From a virus (Duplodnaviria > Caudoviricetes): a stretch of 36,398 nucleotides of DNA. A program made the translations under genes and the position numbers. Of this stretch, positions 8,195 to 17,141 are shown piece after piece; the stretch's first letter is position 1; each line of letters begins with the position of its first letter. The stretch covers positions 1-36,398 of the IMG/VR virus record IMGVR_UViG_3300046092_000155; one strand, given 5' to 3'. Under the pieces are notes generated by a model. The model made no database searches. It was not told where the DNA came from and worked only from the letters and a program-made list of their open reading frames with translations.

Positions 8195-8900
8195 TGTAAA
8201 AATATTCGTGGGCCTCGATTCCGAACATAGGATTGCTTATGACGTGTGCAAGTTCAGTATAGAGAGAAACACAAAAATCTCATTTGATATACAGCCGATC
8301 AATCGATATACAGTGAGGGAATATGCGCGAACTGCTGACGAGACGGAGTCGACCGATTTTTCTTTTGCAAGATTCTTCGTTCCATATAAATCGAAGTTTG
8401 TAGGCATCTCCGTTTTCATGGATGGTGACTTTCTATTTTTGAAAGACATCAATGGTCTGTTGGAGTTATATGATGACCGTTACGCGGTGATGTGTTGCAA
8501 GCACACATACGCACCAACGTCTCTTACCAAAATGAACGGAAAAATACAAACGGTGTTTCCTAGAAAAAACTGGAGCAGTCTAATGTTATTCAACAATGCC
8601 CATCCGAAAATAAAGACACTTAACCCCTTAACTATAAACAACCAATCAGGAGCGTTCCTCCATCAATTTAAATACTTAGATGACGACGAGATAGGTTCAA
8701 TTCCGATTCAGTGGAACTGGTTAGTTGGTTGGAACAACGACGCGGATGGTGAACCTAATGCTCTCCATTATACCGAAGGAGGTCCCTGGTTACCAAATCA
8801 CAAAGATAACGGTTATGATTCGTCATTTCATACTTATAGGGAAGAATATGAACGCGATACAAAGAGCGAAATCGATAAACGAATTGACCGGAAACCTTGA
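8184..8900 (+). CDS. GT-A glycosyltransferase (GT8/CDI-like)
   Basis: IFVGLD, STDFSFARFFVP, DxD (FMDGD), RKNWSSLMLFN, WNWLVG, LHYTEGGPW. Confidence 0.88.
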   Translation: MKSDVKIFVGLDSEHRIAYDVCKFSIERNTKISFDIQPINRYTVREYARTADETESTDFSFARFFVPYKSKFVGISVFMDGDFLFLKDINGLLELYDDRYAVMCCKHTYAPTSLTKMNGKIQTVFPRKNWSSLMLFNNAHPKIKTLNPLTINNQSGAFLHQFKYLDDDEIGSIPIQWNWLVGWNNDADGEPNALHYTEGGPWLPNHKDNGYDSSFHTYREEYERDTKSEIDKRIDRKP

Positions 8901-9021
8901 GTCGATTATGAAGATCACATATCCCCTCGCTGAACAAGGAGATCCGATTCAATCCAAGATAAATTATCTTGCCCATGAATCTCTCAAACTCATCGGTTCA
9001 CTTGCATCTGAAATTGATTAA
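8848..9021 (+). CDS. Small hypothetical protein (57 aa, MNAIQRAKS...)
   Basis: In-frame ATG within track ORF 8725..9021, preceded by TACTTATA (8831-8838); fills the gap to the HD gene. Confidence 0.5.
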   Translation: MNAIQRAKSINELTGNLESIMKITYPLAEQGDPIQSKINYLAHESLKLIGSLASEID

Positions 9022-9027
9022 AAGAAG

Positions 9028-9057
9028 TTGTCGAACATGAGTTGTGATGTATATTTG
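9028..9057 (+). promoter_or_regulatory. Putative host-type promoter for HD gene
   Basis: TTG(9028)-N19-TATATTTG(9050-9057) fits the Bacteroidota -33/-7 consensus; also readable as sigma70 TTGTCG-N16-TATATT. Confidence 0.4.
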
Positions 9058-9061
9058 GTGA

Positions 9062-9730
9062 ATGCCAGATTATACAGAGTCGGACTTACAGGAACGCTAC
9101 GACACATTCATTTCACTTCTTGAGAAAACCTTTACGGGCGAACGACTCGAACGATTGAAGAAGTTATATGGTGAGGATGCTTACGGCATTCGACTCGTTT
9201 CCGCGCCGGCCAGCGCTAAAGCCCACTTCCACAATGCTTATATCGGAGGATACATCGACCACATAATGAATGTCTATAAAGCGTCGATAGGAACGAAGAA
9301 GTTATGGTCCGCTATGGGTGCTACTATCGACTTCACGGATGAAGAGATGATTTTCTCCGCTATTCACCACGACCTCGGAAAGCTTGGCGACCTCCATCAA
9401 GGAGAATACTACCTTCCACAGACGAGCGAGTGGCACACAAAAAATCGAGGCGAGACTTTTAAATTCAACGCCAACCTTCAATACATGGACGTAACCGATA
9501 GAGCGTTGTATATCCTCCAACAGCATCAGATTGTCTGCACATGGAAAGAGACTCTTGCGATTAAATTGTCAGATGGACTTTACCACGAAGCGGCTTCTTC
9601 CTATTTAAAGAGTTACAACCCGGACAACGAATTGAAAACTAACCTACCGCGAATAATTCACGCGGCGGATTATCTCGCCTGTAGATCGGAGTATGACCTT
9701 TGGAAACGAGAAAACTCCAAGGACATGTAA
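9062..9730 (+). CDS. HD-domain phosphohydrolase (YhaM-like)
   Basis: APAS...FHNAYIGGYIDH, HHDLGK, IIHAAD. Confidence 0.88.
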   Translation: MPDYTESDLQERYDTFISLLEKTFTGERLERLKKLYGEDAYGIRLVSAPASAKAHFHNAYIGGYIDHIMNVYKASIGTKKLWSAMGATIDFTDEEMIFSAIHHDLGKLGDLHQGEYYLPQTSEWHTKNRGETFKFNANLQYMDVTDRALYILQQHQIVCTWKETLAIKLSDGLYHEAASSYLKSYNPDNELKTNLPRIIHAADYLACRSEYDLWKRENSKDM

Positions 9731-9784
9731 TTAGTCAAAAAGTCGGTCATTATCCATATTTTGCATCTATGTATTAAGTTACAG

Positions 9785-10576
9785 ATGCACTTATTTACAT
9801 TCAGCCGACTCGTGGCGTTAACTGCGCTTTTTATAGCTTCCTGTGCCGCTTACTTCTCCGTTGTAGGTATATCAATGTTGTTCTCGGGGTCAGCGATTGC
9901 CGCTATGGTAATGGCGATTTCTCTGGAACTAGGCAAATTGGTATCAACCAGCTTTCTATTCAAATATTGGTCCTCCACAAAGACATTCTTAAAGATATAC
10001 TTGACCATAAGCGTATTTGTGCTGATGTTCATTACATCCCTTGGAATATTCGGGTATCTAACCTCCTCTTACCAACGGTCTTTCTTGGACGACAAGTTAA
10101 CTTCCGAACGAATTCTATTGGTAGAGGAGAAGCGGTCAGCATTAAGTAAGAAGGTGGAGTTATCTAAGGCCAGAATATCAAATATAAATGACCTACGCGC
10201 TTCACAGGAACGAAGACTCAGCGAATCGATGACAAACGTTCTCATTGCTAGAAATCCAATCCAATTACAGGAACTACAGACTCAGACGATTGAATTGATT
10301 TCCAGAAGTGAACAAAACATAGATATCGAGAATAAGAAGATAGATTCTACTTATGGTGAGATAGACGCCGTGAACGTATCTATATCAGAAATGAAGGTTT
10401 CTGCGATGGGAAAGAATGACATAATCACGTTTAAATTCGTAGCGGAAGAATCGGGAATTGACATGAACAAAGTAGTAAAGTGGTTCATTGTTATCATAAT
10501 AACCGTCTTTGACCCGCTGGCCATATGTCTTCTATTAGCATATAACACCACCCAATTTGACGAAAAAAAAAAATAA
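9785..10576 (+). CDS. Multi-pass membrane protein with central coiled coil
   Basis: Three N-terminal hydrophobic segments (AAYFSVVG, LELGK, ITSLGIFGYL), coiled-coil middle, C-terminal TM (IIITVFDPLAICLLLA). ATG 9785 preferred to TTG 9761. Ends in an A11 tract. Confidence 0.8.
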   Translation: MHLFTFSRLVALTALFIASCAAYFSVVGISMLFSGSAIAAMVMAISLELGKLVSTSFLFKYWSSTKTFLKIYLTISVFVLMFITSLGIFGYLTSSYQRSFLDDKLTSERILLVEEKRSALSKKVELSKARISNINDLRASQERRLSESMTNVLIARNPIQLQELQTQTIELISRSEQNIDIENKKIDSTYGEIDAVNVSISEMKVSAMGKNDIITFKFVAEESGIDMNKVVKWFIVIIITVFDPLAICLLLAYNTTQFDEKKK

Positions 10577-10763
10577 TAGTTAAAGAATCGATTGCGTTAC
10601 CAGCCGATCGGTCGCTGACGAATAATATAACAGAAAAAGAGTTGACAATTAAAGATATTAAAGATACTGTTGCATCGAAACGCAGACGACACGATTGTTT
10701 CGGAAGGCTGTTCAAGAATTAAAACGTTCGTTTTTTAGAAAACTTTGATATGTAAGTCATATT

Positions 10764-10895
10764 ATGAATGACACTGATATTGAAGCAATACTAAAATTAT
10801 TGAGAGCTGGTGTTAAAAACACAGACTGGGACAGCATAACCGAAGCAGTGGAATACTTGGAAGAGTTTTCCGAAACAGACGAAGACGAGACATGA
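10764..10895 (+). CDS. Small acidic hypothetical protein (43 aa), absent from ORF track
   Basis: MNDTDIEAILKLLRAGVKNTDWDSITEAVEYLEEFSETDEDET*; TATGTA at 10749-10754 upstream; ATGA overlap with next gene. Confidence 0.7.
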   Translation: MNDTDIEAILKLLRAGVKNTDWDSITEAVEYLEEFSETDEDET

Positions 10896-11233
10896 CATTG
10901 TATATACTTATCGGTGGATTGGTGATTTCGATACTGGTGAATATAGTATTGGCCAGAGCATTTATCGTGGCATCATATAGGATAGGAGTCTACGAGGAAT
11001 GGATTTTGACATTCCAAAAGAACGTAAAAGACACATTCCGGCAACTTAGGTATATAGATGAAAAGGAAATCTTCGAACGTGACGACGAGGTCGGTTTTGT
11101 GTTTTCAAACATCGTTTCAATAATAGACGATCTAAAGGAAAAAACATATGCCGAAACTGAAGAAGAACGAAAAGAAAACGAAGAGTTCCACAAAAAGAGA
11201 GAAGACCCGTCAATCGGTCGATTCTCCCGTTAA
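10892..11233 (+). CDS. Hypothetical protein with N-terminal TM helix
   Basis: LYILIGGLVISILVNIVLA hydrophobic N-terminus; ID...FERDDEVGFVF segment. Confidence 0.7.
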   Translation: MTLYILIGGLVISILVNIVLARAFIVASYRIGVYEEWILTFQKNVKDTFRQLRYIDEKEIFERDDEVGFVFSNIVSIIDDLKEKTYAETEEERKENEEFHKKREDPSIGRFSR

Positions 11234-12011
11234 ACATCCCACTCGAAAAAAGGTTTCGGTAGGCGTGGGTGTATCCGTGAATCCAAAGGAACCGACCATT
11301 GTCACTGAACCGGAACCTGTGAAGATAAAGAAACCTTCAATAGAAAAAATGTATTTCACGAAGGATACTGAAGATGCCATCATCAGATTCAACAAGGAAG
11401 AAAACGTTGACGAAAGAAACCGTATTTACGAAACGGAGATACAAAGATCGTTCGAGAAATTGGTAGAGAACGTATTCAACACCTTCAAGTTCAGTTACTT
11501 CGACACCGGCCCGCTCGAAGTTCAGAAGGAGACGCTTTCACACCTCGTTGCAAACATCCACAAATTTGAGGAAGGTAAGGGAAAAGCATTCTCATATTTC
11601 AGCATTGTCGCAAAAAACTACTTGATATTCAATAACAACTCAAACTATAAAAGATATAATCAGCAAGTAGACATAAATGAGGATCCTGATTCACATACTA
11701 TTAAGCTTCAGTCGACGGATAACTATCAGAAGGACAAGGAGAATGCTGAGTTCATAGAGATGATGGTGAACTATTGGGACGTCAATATACGAGAGATATT
11801 TCCAAAGAATAGGGATCTCAAGATAGCCGAAGCAGTGGTGGAGTTGTTCCGAAACAGTGATCGGCTGGATTACTTCAATAAAAAGGCGTTATACCTCTAT
11901 ATAAGAGAAATATCGTCTTGCAAGACGCAGCAGATTACTAAAATAATCAATAGGATGAAGGAATATCAACAGAAAATCACAAAAAAGTATATCGAAGAAG
12001 GCGTTATTTAA
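11148..12011 (+). CDS. Phage RNA polymerase sigma-like factor (probable late sigma)
   Basis: Region-2-like ETLSHLVANIHKFEEGKGKAFSYFSIVAKNYL; YFTKDTEDAI; C-terminal HTH-like FNKKALYLYIREISSCKTQQITKII. Alternative start at MYFTK. Confidence 0.7.
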   Translation: MPKLKKNEKKTKSSTKREKTRQSVDSPVKHPTRKKVSVGVGVSVNPKEPTIVTEPEPVKIKKPSIEKMYFTKDTEDAIIRFNKEENVDERNRIYETEIQRSFEKLVENVFNTFKFSYFDTGPLEVQKETLSHLVANIHKFEEGKGKAFSYFSIVAKNYLIFNNNSNYKRYNQQVDINEDPDSHTIKLQSTDNYQKDKENAEFIEMMVNYWDVNIREIFPKNRDLKIAEAVVELFRNSDRLDYFNKKALYLYIREISSCKTQQITKIINRMKEYQQKITKKYIEEGVI

Positions 12012-12042
12012 AAAATGGTCGGTGTGAATGATATGTACAGTT

Positions 12043-12435
12043 ATGGAACTAAATGAATTTGAAATTTACAAGGGAAAATCCTTTGCTGCGTTGTGTAAGG
12101 AGATTGTCGTAAATCAGAACGAAAAGAAAGACCAATTGGACATTCTAGTTAGCGAACTCAGAGGGCTTATAAAAGGAGTAAATGATGCCATAGTAGTAGT
12201 TCCACTAATAAAAGACTATCTGGATGTCGGTGTGAGAAACGACGATCAGTTGGTAAAACTCGCAGCTATTATTCAAAGAATACTGTCAAAACAAAACGAA
12301 GGCGCGGAAGAGGGAGCGGGGTCGTTTCAGATTACCGACGACGAACGCAAGGAACTCCTAAAAGAAGTTGAAAATCTAAAGAAATCCGGGCCGACCGCGC
12401 CGGTTGTATCCACGAAGGAAATGGATTCCAAATGA
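12043..12435 (+). CDS. Hypothetical helical phage protein
   Basis: ORF (ATG 12043 preferred, TATGTA just upstream), ATGA-coupled to spike gene. Confidence 0.7.
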   Translation: MELNEFEIYKGKSFAALCKEIVVNQNEKKDQLDILVSELRGLIKGVNDAIVVVPLIKDYLDVGVRNDDQLVKLAAIIQRILSKQNEGAEEGAGSFQITDDERKELLKEVENLKKSGPTAPVVSTKEMDSK

Positions 12436-14027
12436 GTTATTCGATAGACCATTCCATATTTGACCGTTCCACCGATGACGTAAATATACTATCGACAAAA
12501 CGGGATAATAAGATCATTCAGAGTGGAAGAAGCGTAATACAATACGAGCCGGCTATTGTTTTGGATATAGTATTGGATGATTCTCATCCAATGTTCAAGC
12601 GAGGACTTGGGAATATAATCTCCCCGTTAGAATCACCGGTGGATTTTCGAGGAATGACTCCGAACGAAACTGATCGGGATTACGCGTCGATAGGAACGGC
12701 TCTTGTGAGACTGTGTTACTCACACGTTAAATTCGAAAAGGAGAGTCTGATATGGGCAATACCAATTGACTCAAGCATGAACTCCATTCCTCTGTTGAAT
12801 GAAATAGTTCATGTTGTTAAAATATTCGACCGGTATTATTACACGAATCGAATTAATACCAAAAACGGATGCAACACCTCAGCGGATTTTAGGTATGAAC
12901 AGACATATGGAAAAAAACTGGAGAACCGTTCTTATTCAGCTGTGAAGTTGCGCGGGCCTGTTTCCAGATTTGATTCTTCTCCGGAGAATTCCTCGGGTGG
13001 ATTCAATGGGATACTAGGAAACTACTTCTGGTTCAATAAAAACATAAGAAATCTCCGAAGATTTGAGGGGGATACGGTTGTCGAGGGAAGATTCGGGCAG
13101 AGTATCAGAATGGGAGCATACGACGCCGACCGAAAAAATGACTCCGGAATTCACGATAACTATATAAGTGGGAATGATAAATACGGAGGCGGAAATCCAA
13201 TGGTTCTCATACGTAATCGTCAACGTCCAATAGCTCAGATGTCGGCACAATCGATTCATCCGCTGTTAAATGTGCTCCCCGACATAACCGGATCTATAGA
13301 ACAGAAGAATGTGTGTGGCTATGTATTGGAAGACGTCAACAACGATGGTTCTTCCATTCACATGACAAGCGGGAAGACAGAATCTACTTTCAAAACTACG
13401 TGTTACAAGAAGTGTTTCTCTAGCACTGCTGTGGAGGAACAACCGAGATTCAGTCCCGCTGGTTCTACTTCATTTAAAATGCCGGTATTTAACCGAGATC
13501 AAATTGTAATAAATAGCGACCGACTTATTCTTTCCTCTCGTTTTGGCGAATCTCTCCATTTCTCCAAAAAGCGTTATTCCGTCGTGACCGATAGTGAATT
13601 TACAGTGGATTCCCACGAACAGATTGTTTTAACGACCAATACAAAGACGGTGATAAACTCTCCTGCTATATACTTGGGGGAATATGACATCACATCGGAG
13701 CCCGCGTTGCTTGGCCAAACAACCGTTGATTGGCTTTATGATTTATGTGAGTGGATACTGTCACATACTCATTACTACAATCACTCTCACCCGAACGCTG
13801 GCTCGCCTTCACCGAACACCACCCAACTACCAGTTCAGTTACAGAAACTAAAAGCTCTCAGAGATAAGCTCCATTCGTTAATGAGTCGTCGTGTGTTTTT
13901 GACAGGTGGCGGTTATGCACCGGGTGCTAACGGCGGAAGTATAAAAGACGGAAACCCGCCCGTAGCAGTGGACACTTCCACGGGAGACGGTGTTCCGGGT
14001 GGATGGTTAGGAAAAAATAGAAGATAA
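12432..14027 (+). CDS. Baseplate central spike/hub (gp5/gpV-like)
   Basis: OB-fold-like N-terminus (IPLLNEIV), EGDTVVEGRFGQSIRMG, beta-helix-like QIVINSDRLILSS...INSPAIYLG, tip motif HTHYYNHSH; precedes gp25-like gene. Confidence 0.68.
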   Translation: MSYSIDHSIFDRSTDDVNILSTKRDNKIIQSGRSVIQYEPAIVLDIVLDDSHPMFKRGLGNIISPLESPVDFRGMTPNETDRDYASIGTALVRLCYSHVKFEKESLIWAIPIDSSMNSIPLLNEIVHVVKIFDRYYYTNRINTKNGCNTSADFRYEQTYGKKLENRSYSAVKLRGPVSRFDSSPENSSGGFNGILGNYFWFNKNIRNLRRFEGDTVVEGRFGQSIRMGAYDADRKNDSGIHDNYISGNDKYGGGNPMVLIRNRQRPIAQMSAQSIHPLLNVLPDITGSIEQKNVCGYVLEDVNNDGSSIHMTSGKTESTFKTTCYKKCFSSTAVEEQPRFSPAGSTSFKMPVFNRDQIVINSDRLILSSRFGESLHFSKKRYSVVTDSEFTVDSHEQIVLTTNTKTVINSPAIYLGEYDITSEPALLGQTTVDWLYDLCEWILSHTHYYNHSHPNAGSPSPNTTQLPVQLQKLKALRDKLHSLMSRRVFLTGGGYAPGANGGSIKDGNPPVAVDTSTGDGVPGGWLGKNRR

Positions 14028-14043
14028 AGACAAGTTACACAAA

Positions 14044-14051
14044 TATTTATA
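14044..14051 (+). promoter_or_regulatory. TATTTATA putative late promoter
   Basis: Recurrent motif, 5 nt before ATG 14057. Confidence 0.55.
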
Positions 14052-14056
14052 CCAAT

Positions 14057-14467
14057 ATGAACAAAGAAGAATTCAAAAAGATCATATCAGAGTCGATAGA
14101 AGACAAACTCAGAGAAATATTACCCTCTGTGTTAGATGAATATTTTACCGGAACACGAGTATCAAAGCCTGTGGCTATAACCGAAGGAGCCCGTCGACAG
14201 ACAAACACGGCGCCCACTACACAGAGGCCGGTTCCGACTTCAGCAGCTGTTCCGAAGAAGCAATACGTAAAGAATACGGTTTTGAATGATATATTGAATG
14301 AAACCGTAATAAAGTCTATACCGGAAGGACCGGCCGCGTTTTCCGAGAACACGGGCCCTTCCATAATGGACAAAATAGACTCCGTTCCAAAATCCGTAGC
14401 TGATGCCCTTACGAGGGATTACAGTAAAGTTTTGAAGTTGTCGGCGGCTAAATCAATGAATAGATGA
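14057..14467 (+). CDS. Hypothetical protein
   Basis: 136-aa ORF, TATTTATA upstream, ATGA-coupled to next gene. Confidence 0.7.
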   Translation: MNKEEFKKIISESIEDKLREILPSVLDEYFTGTRVSKPVAITEGARRQTNTAPTTQRPVPTSAAVPKKQYVKNTVLNDILNETVIKSIPEGPAAFSENTGPSIMDKIDSVPKSVADALTRDYSKVLKLSAAKSMNR

Positions 14468-14883
14468 GATCAAACATCACATCATCCAAATCTCCAATAG
14501 GATTGTCCGTTCCGTTTGTGAACGGTTCATCTGGTTATTTCCAACAGACATTCGATACAAACGAACAGATAAAGAACAATCTTACTAACTTCCTCAAAAC
14601 CAAGCGAGGTGAGCGGAGAATGATGCCAGAATTCGGAACTCAATTGTATACACTTTTGTTCGAACAGCGGACGGATAATCTTCCGGAAATATTGAAAACC
14701 ATGATTTCAGAGGAACTTCGTTATTGGGTCCCAGAGGTTAAAATACTCGGAATAGACATTATTGATACGGAAAACCCAGAGGGAGATGATAATTATAAAA
14801 TGAGGGTGTCGATACGGTTCAGCGTAAATTCTACCGATGAAGCCGACATCCTTGTATTTGACTTGGAAAACGTAAAAATATAA
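14464..14883 (+). CDS. Baseplate wedge/sheath initiator, gp25/GPW family
   Basis: EQIKNNLTNFLKTKRGERRMMPEFGTQLYTLLFE...WVPEV is the gp25-family signature. Confidence 0.9.
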   Translation: MRSNITSSKSPIGLSVPFVNGSSGYFQQTFDTNEQIKNNLTNFLKTKRGERRMMPEFGTQLYTLLFEQRTDNLPEILKTMISEELRYWVPEVKILGIDIIDTENPEGDDNYKMRVSIRFSVNSTDEADILVFDLENVKI

Positions 14884-14884
14884 T

Positions 14885-16849
14885 ATGGCAACGACATTAG
14901 ACAAAAATTTCAAGCCCCAATCGAGAGAAATCCGCTATTTGGGAAAAGACTTCGATGCACTAAAGTCTGGTTTGATTGAGTTTGCTAAACATTATTATCC
15001 ACGAACTTACAAGGATTTCAACAATTCCTCACCCGGAATGATGTTCATCGATATGGCATCATATGTCGGAGACGTCCTCTCATTTTACATTGATTATCAA
15101 TTTAAAGAAGGATTGATCAATTTTTCGGAAGAAAGAAAGAACGTTATAAACCTAGTAAAGTTTCTCGGTTATTCGCCGAAACCAAGCCGACCAGCGACCA
15201 CGGTGCTTGATCTGTTTCAGATAATACCGTCCAAGAGAAATGAAGATGGATCGTTTGAACCGGACGTTAGATATGCTCTCGTGATACGTGAGGGTATGGA
15301 AGTAGCATCATCTAACAGAGTGACGTTTATTACATCGGAGACTGTTAATTTTTCTCTAAAGAGCGAACTATACCCACGAGTGGACGAGGTGTTTTCCCGT
15401 AACGCATTGGGTGAACCCGAATTTTATCTAATAAAGAAGTCGGTGAAGGCATACTCTGGTAAATCGGTGACCAGAGCGTTTCAGATTGATGGACAGACGC
15501 CTAATCTGAGAGTGGAACTCGCGGAGGACAATGTTATTAAGATTGTAAGTATAAAGGATTCTGACAACAATAGTTGGTATCAGGTCGAATACCTGGCACA
15601 AGATCTCATTCAGTTGCCGGTGGAAAATAACCGATTCAATTTTGAAACGTTTTCTAACTTCAATTCTACCGTCCCAAACATCATAAAATTTCTCAGGACT
15701 AACCGCAGGTTCATAGTGGAAGTCGATGAGGATAACAAAACTTACCTGCAATTTGGCTCGTCCACCGACAGCCTTGAAGAAGAAATTTTAGTTCCGAACT
15801 CGGAGATGCTGGGAGTGGGCTTCTCAAACGTAGGTAGATACAACCTGACTCTCGATCCTACAAGTTTCGTAAAGTCGAATTCATACGGATCTTCTCCGTT
15901 TAACACGACGTTGACGGTGAAGTATGTCTACGGGGGAGGTATCGAATCGAACTCTAACGTGGGAGATATTTCCACAGTTACAAAGGTCGAGTTTGATAAC
16001 GCGGAGGAATATTTGCCATCCGAAGAAAACCTAATAAACACCATAAAAAGTAGTCTTAGAGTAACAAATTCTTTACCGGCTACAGGTGGTTCATCGTCCG
16101 AAACCATTTCGGAAATAAAGCAGAATGCGATGTTGAATTTTGCAGCTCAGGACAGAGTGGTGACTAAAGAAGATTACGTGGCTCGTGTATTGAGTATGCC
16201 GGCTGAATATGGTAGGGTGGCCAAGGCATTTGTCACAACAGAGTCAGATCTTGCCACGAATAACACATCTATTGTGCCAGGGTTGTTGGACGAAAATCAC
16301 AATATAATAGTGGACGAGAAAAATTCAGGATTTAGAAAAATGAGTTTGGACGGTGTTAATCCATTCGGAGTTAACCTTTATGTGTTGACGTATGATGATA
16401 ACAGGAAGTTGACTCATGTAAACGAGGCACTTGTTTACAATTTGAGAAAATATATCTCAAAATATCGTATGATTTCGGATAGAATCAACATCATCGATGG
16501 TTTCGTCATCAACATCGGTGTAGAATTTACAGTTCTCACATACTCCACTTTCAACAAGAAAGAAGTCCTAGCGAATTGTATATCCGCCGTGAAAGATTTT
16601 TTTGACATCGATTCGTGGCAATTCTCACAACCTATAAACATAGGACAGTTGGAACTGGAAATAGCTAAAATAGAGGGCGTCCAATCAGTGTCCAGCTTGA
16701 AGATAGTAAATAACGTTGGCGGGAACTATTCTTTATGTGAATACAATATAGACACAGCAACCCGTCATAAGATAATTTATCCACCAATCGACCCAGCGAT
16801 ATTTGAGGTGAAATATCCTGACACGGACATCCGAGCTAAGGTTCTTTGA
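14885..16849 (+). CDS. Baseplate wedge protein, T4 gp6/baseplate J-like
   Basis: KDFDALK..L, DFNNSSPGMMFIDMASYVGDVLSFYID, ATGG...ETISEIK, QDRVVTKEDY. Confidence 0.88.
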   Translation: MATTLDKNFKPQSREIRYLGKDFDALKSGLIEFAKHYYPRTYKDFNNSSPGMMFIDMASYVGDVLSFYIDYQFKEGLINFSEERKNVINLVKFLGYSPKPSRPATTVLDLFQIIPSKRNEDGSFEPDVRYALVIREGMEVASSNRVTFITSETVNFSLKSELYPRVDEVFSRNALGEPEFYLIKKSVKAYSGKSVTRAFQIDGQTPNLRVELAEDNVIKIVSIKDSDNNSWYQVEYLAQDLIQLPVENNRFNFETFSNFNSTVPNIIKFLRTNRRFIVEVDEDNKTYLQFGSSTDSLEEEILVPNSEMLGVGFSNVGRYNLTLDPTSFVKSNSYGSSPFNTTLTVKYVYGGGIESNSNVGDISTVTKVEFDNAEEYLPSEENLINTIKSSLRVTNSLPATGGSSSETISEIKQNAMLNFAAQDRVVTKEDYVARVLSMPAEYGRVAKAFVTTESDLATNNTSIVPGLLDENHNIIVDEKNSGFRKMSLDGVNPFGVNLYVLTYDDNRKLTHVNEALVYNLRKYISKYRMISDRINIIDGFVINIGVEFTVLTYSTFNKKEVLANCISAVKDFFDIDSWQFSQPINIGQLELEIAKIEGVQSVSSLKIVNNVGGNYSLCEYNIDTATRHKIIYPPIDPAIFEVKYPDTDIRAKVL

Positions 16850-16850
16850 T

Positions 16851-17138
16851 ATGCACAAATTTGTTCACGCGTCAGCGGATGCATATCTAACAAATCATCC
16901 CGATTACCGAAACAGTAACTTCGGAAGGGATGAGATATTGGAAATTTCGTCCGAGATGTTTTCCATAAAAACATACATAATAACATCATCGGTAAGAGAG
17001 GCGGTCACCGATTTTGTTGGAATTAGTTTATTAAGATTTACGGGAAATTTAACTGGTTCGCTGACTGGTTCTGCTTCCGATATCTCCGGCAGTGTGATTG
17101 GTTGTGGATTGGTTTCATCCGTGGAGGACGACTGTTGA
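16851..17138 (+). CDS. N-terminal fragment (copy 1) of DNRLRE-like virion protein
   Basis: MHKFVHASADAYLT...NFGRDEILEI, then G/S-rich FTGNLTGSLTGS. Confidence 0.6.
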   Translation: MHKFVHASADAYLTNHPDYRNSNFGRDEILEISSEMFSIKTYIITSSVREAVTDFVGISLLRFTGNLTGSLTGSASDISGSVIGCGLVSSVEDDC

Positions 17139-17141
17139 TAT

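Noticed and set aside
3725-8900. Eukaryotic or giant-virus origin suggested by GT29 and FG-GAP domains
   Set aside because: gp25/gp6-like baseplate genes, tail collars, a sigma-like factor, a TOPRIM primase and translational coupling indicate a bacteriophage.
10577-10763. tRNA or structured ncRNA in the largest gap
   Set aside because: No cloverleaf or strong stem seen; the gap is better explained by the -1 frame extension.
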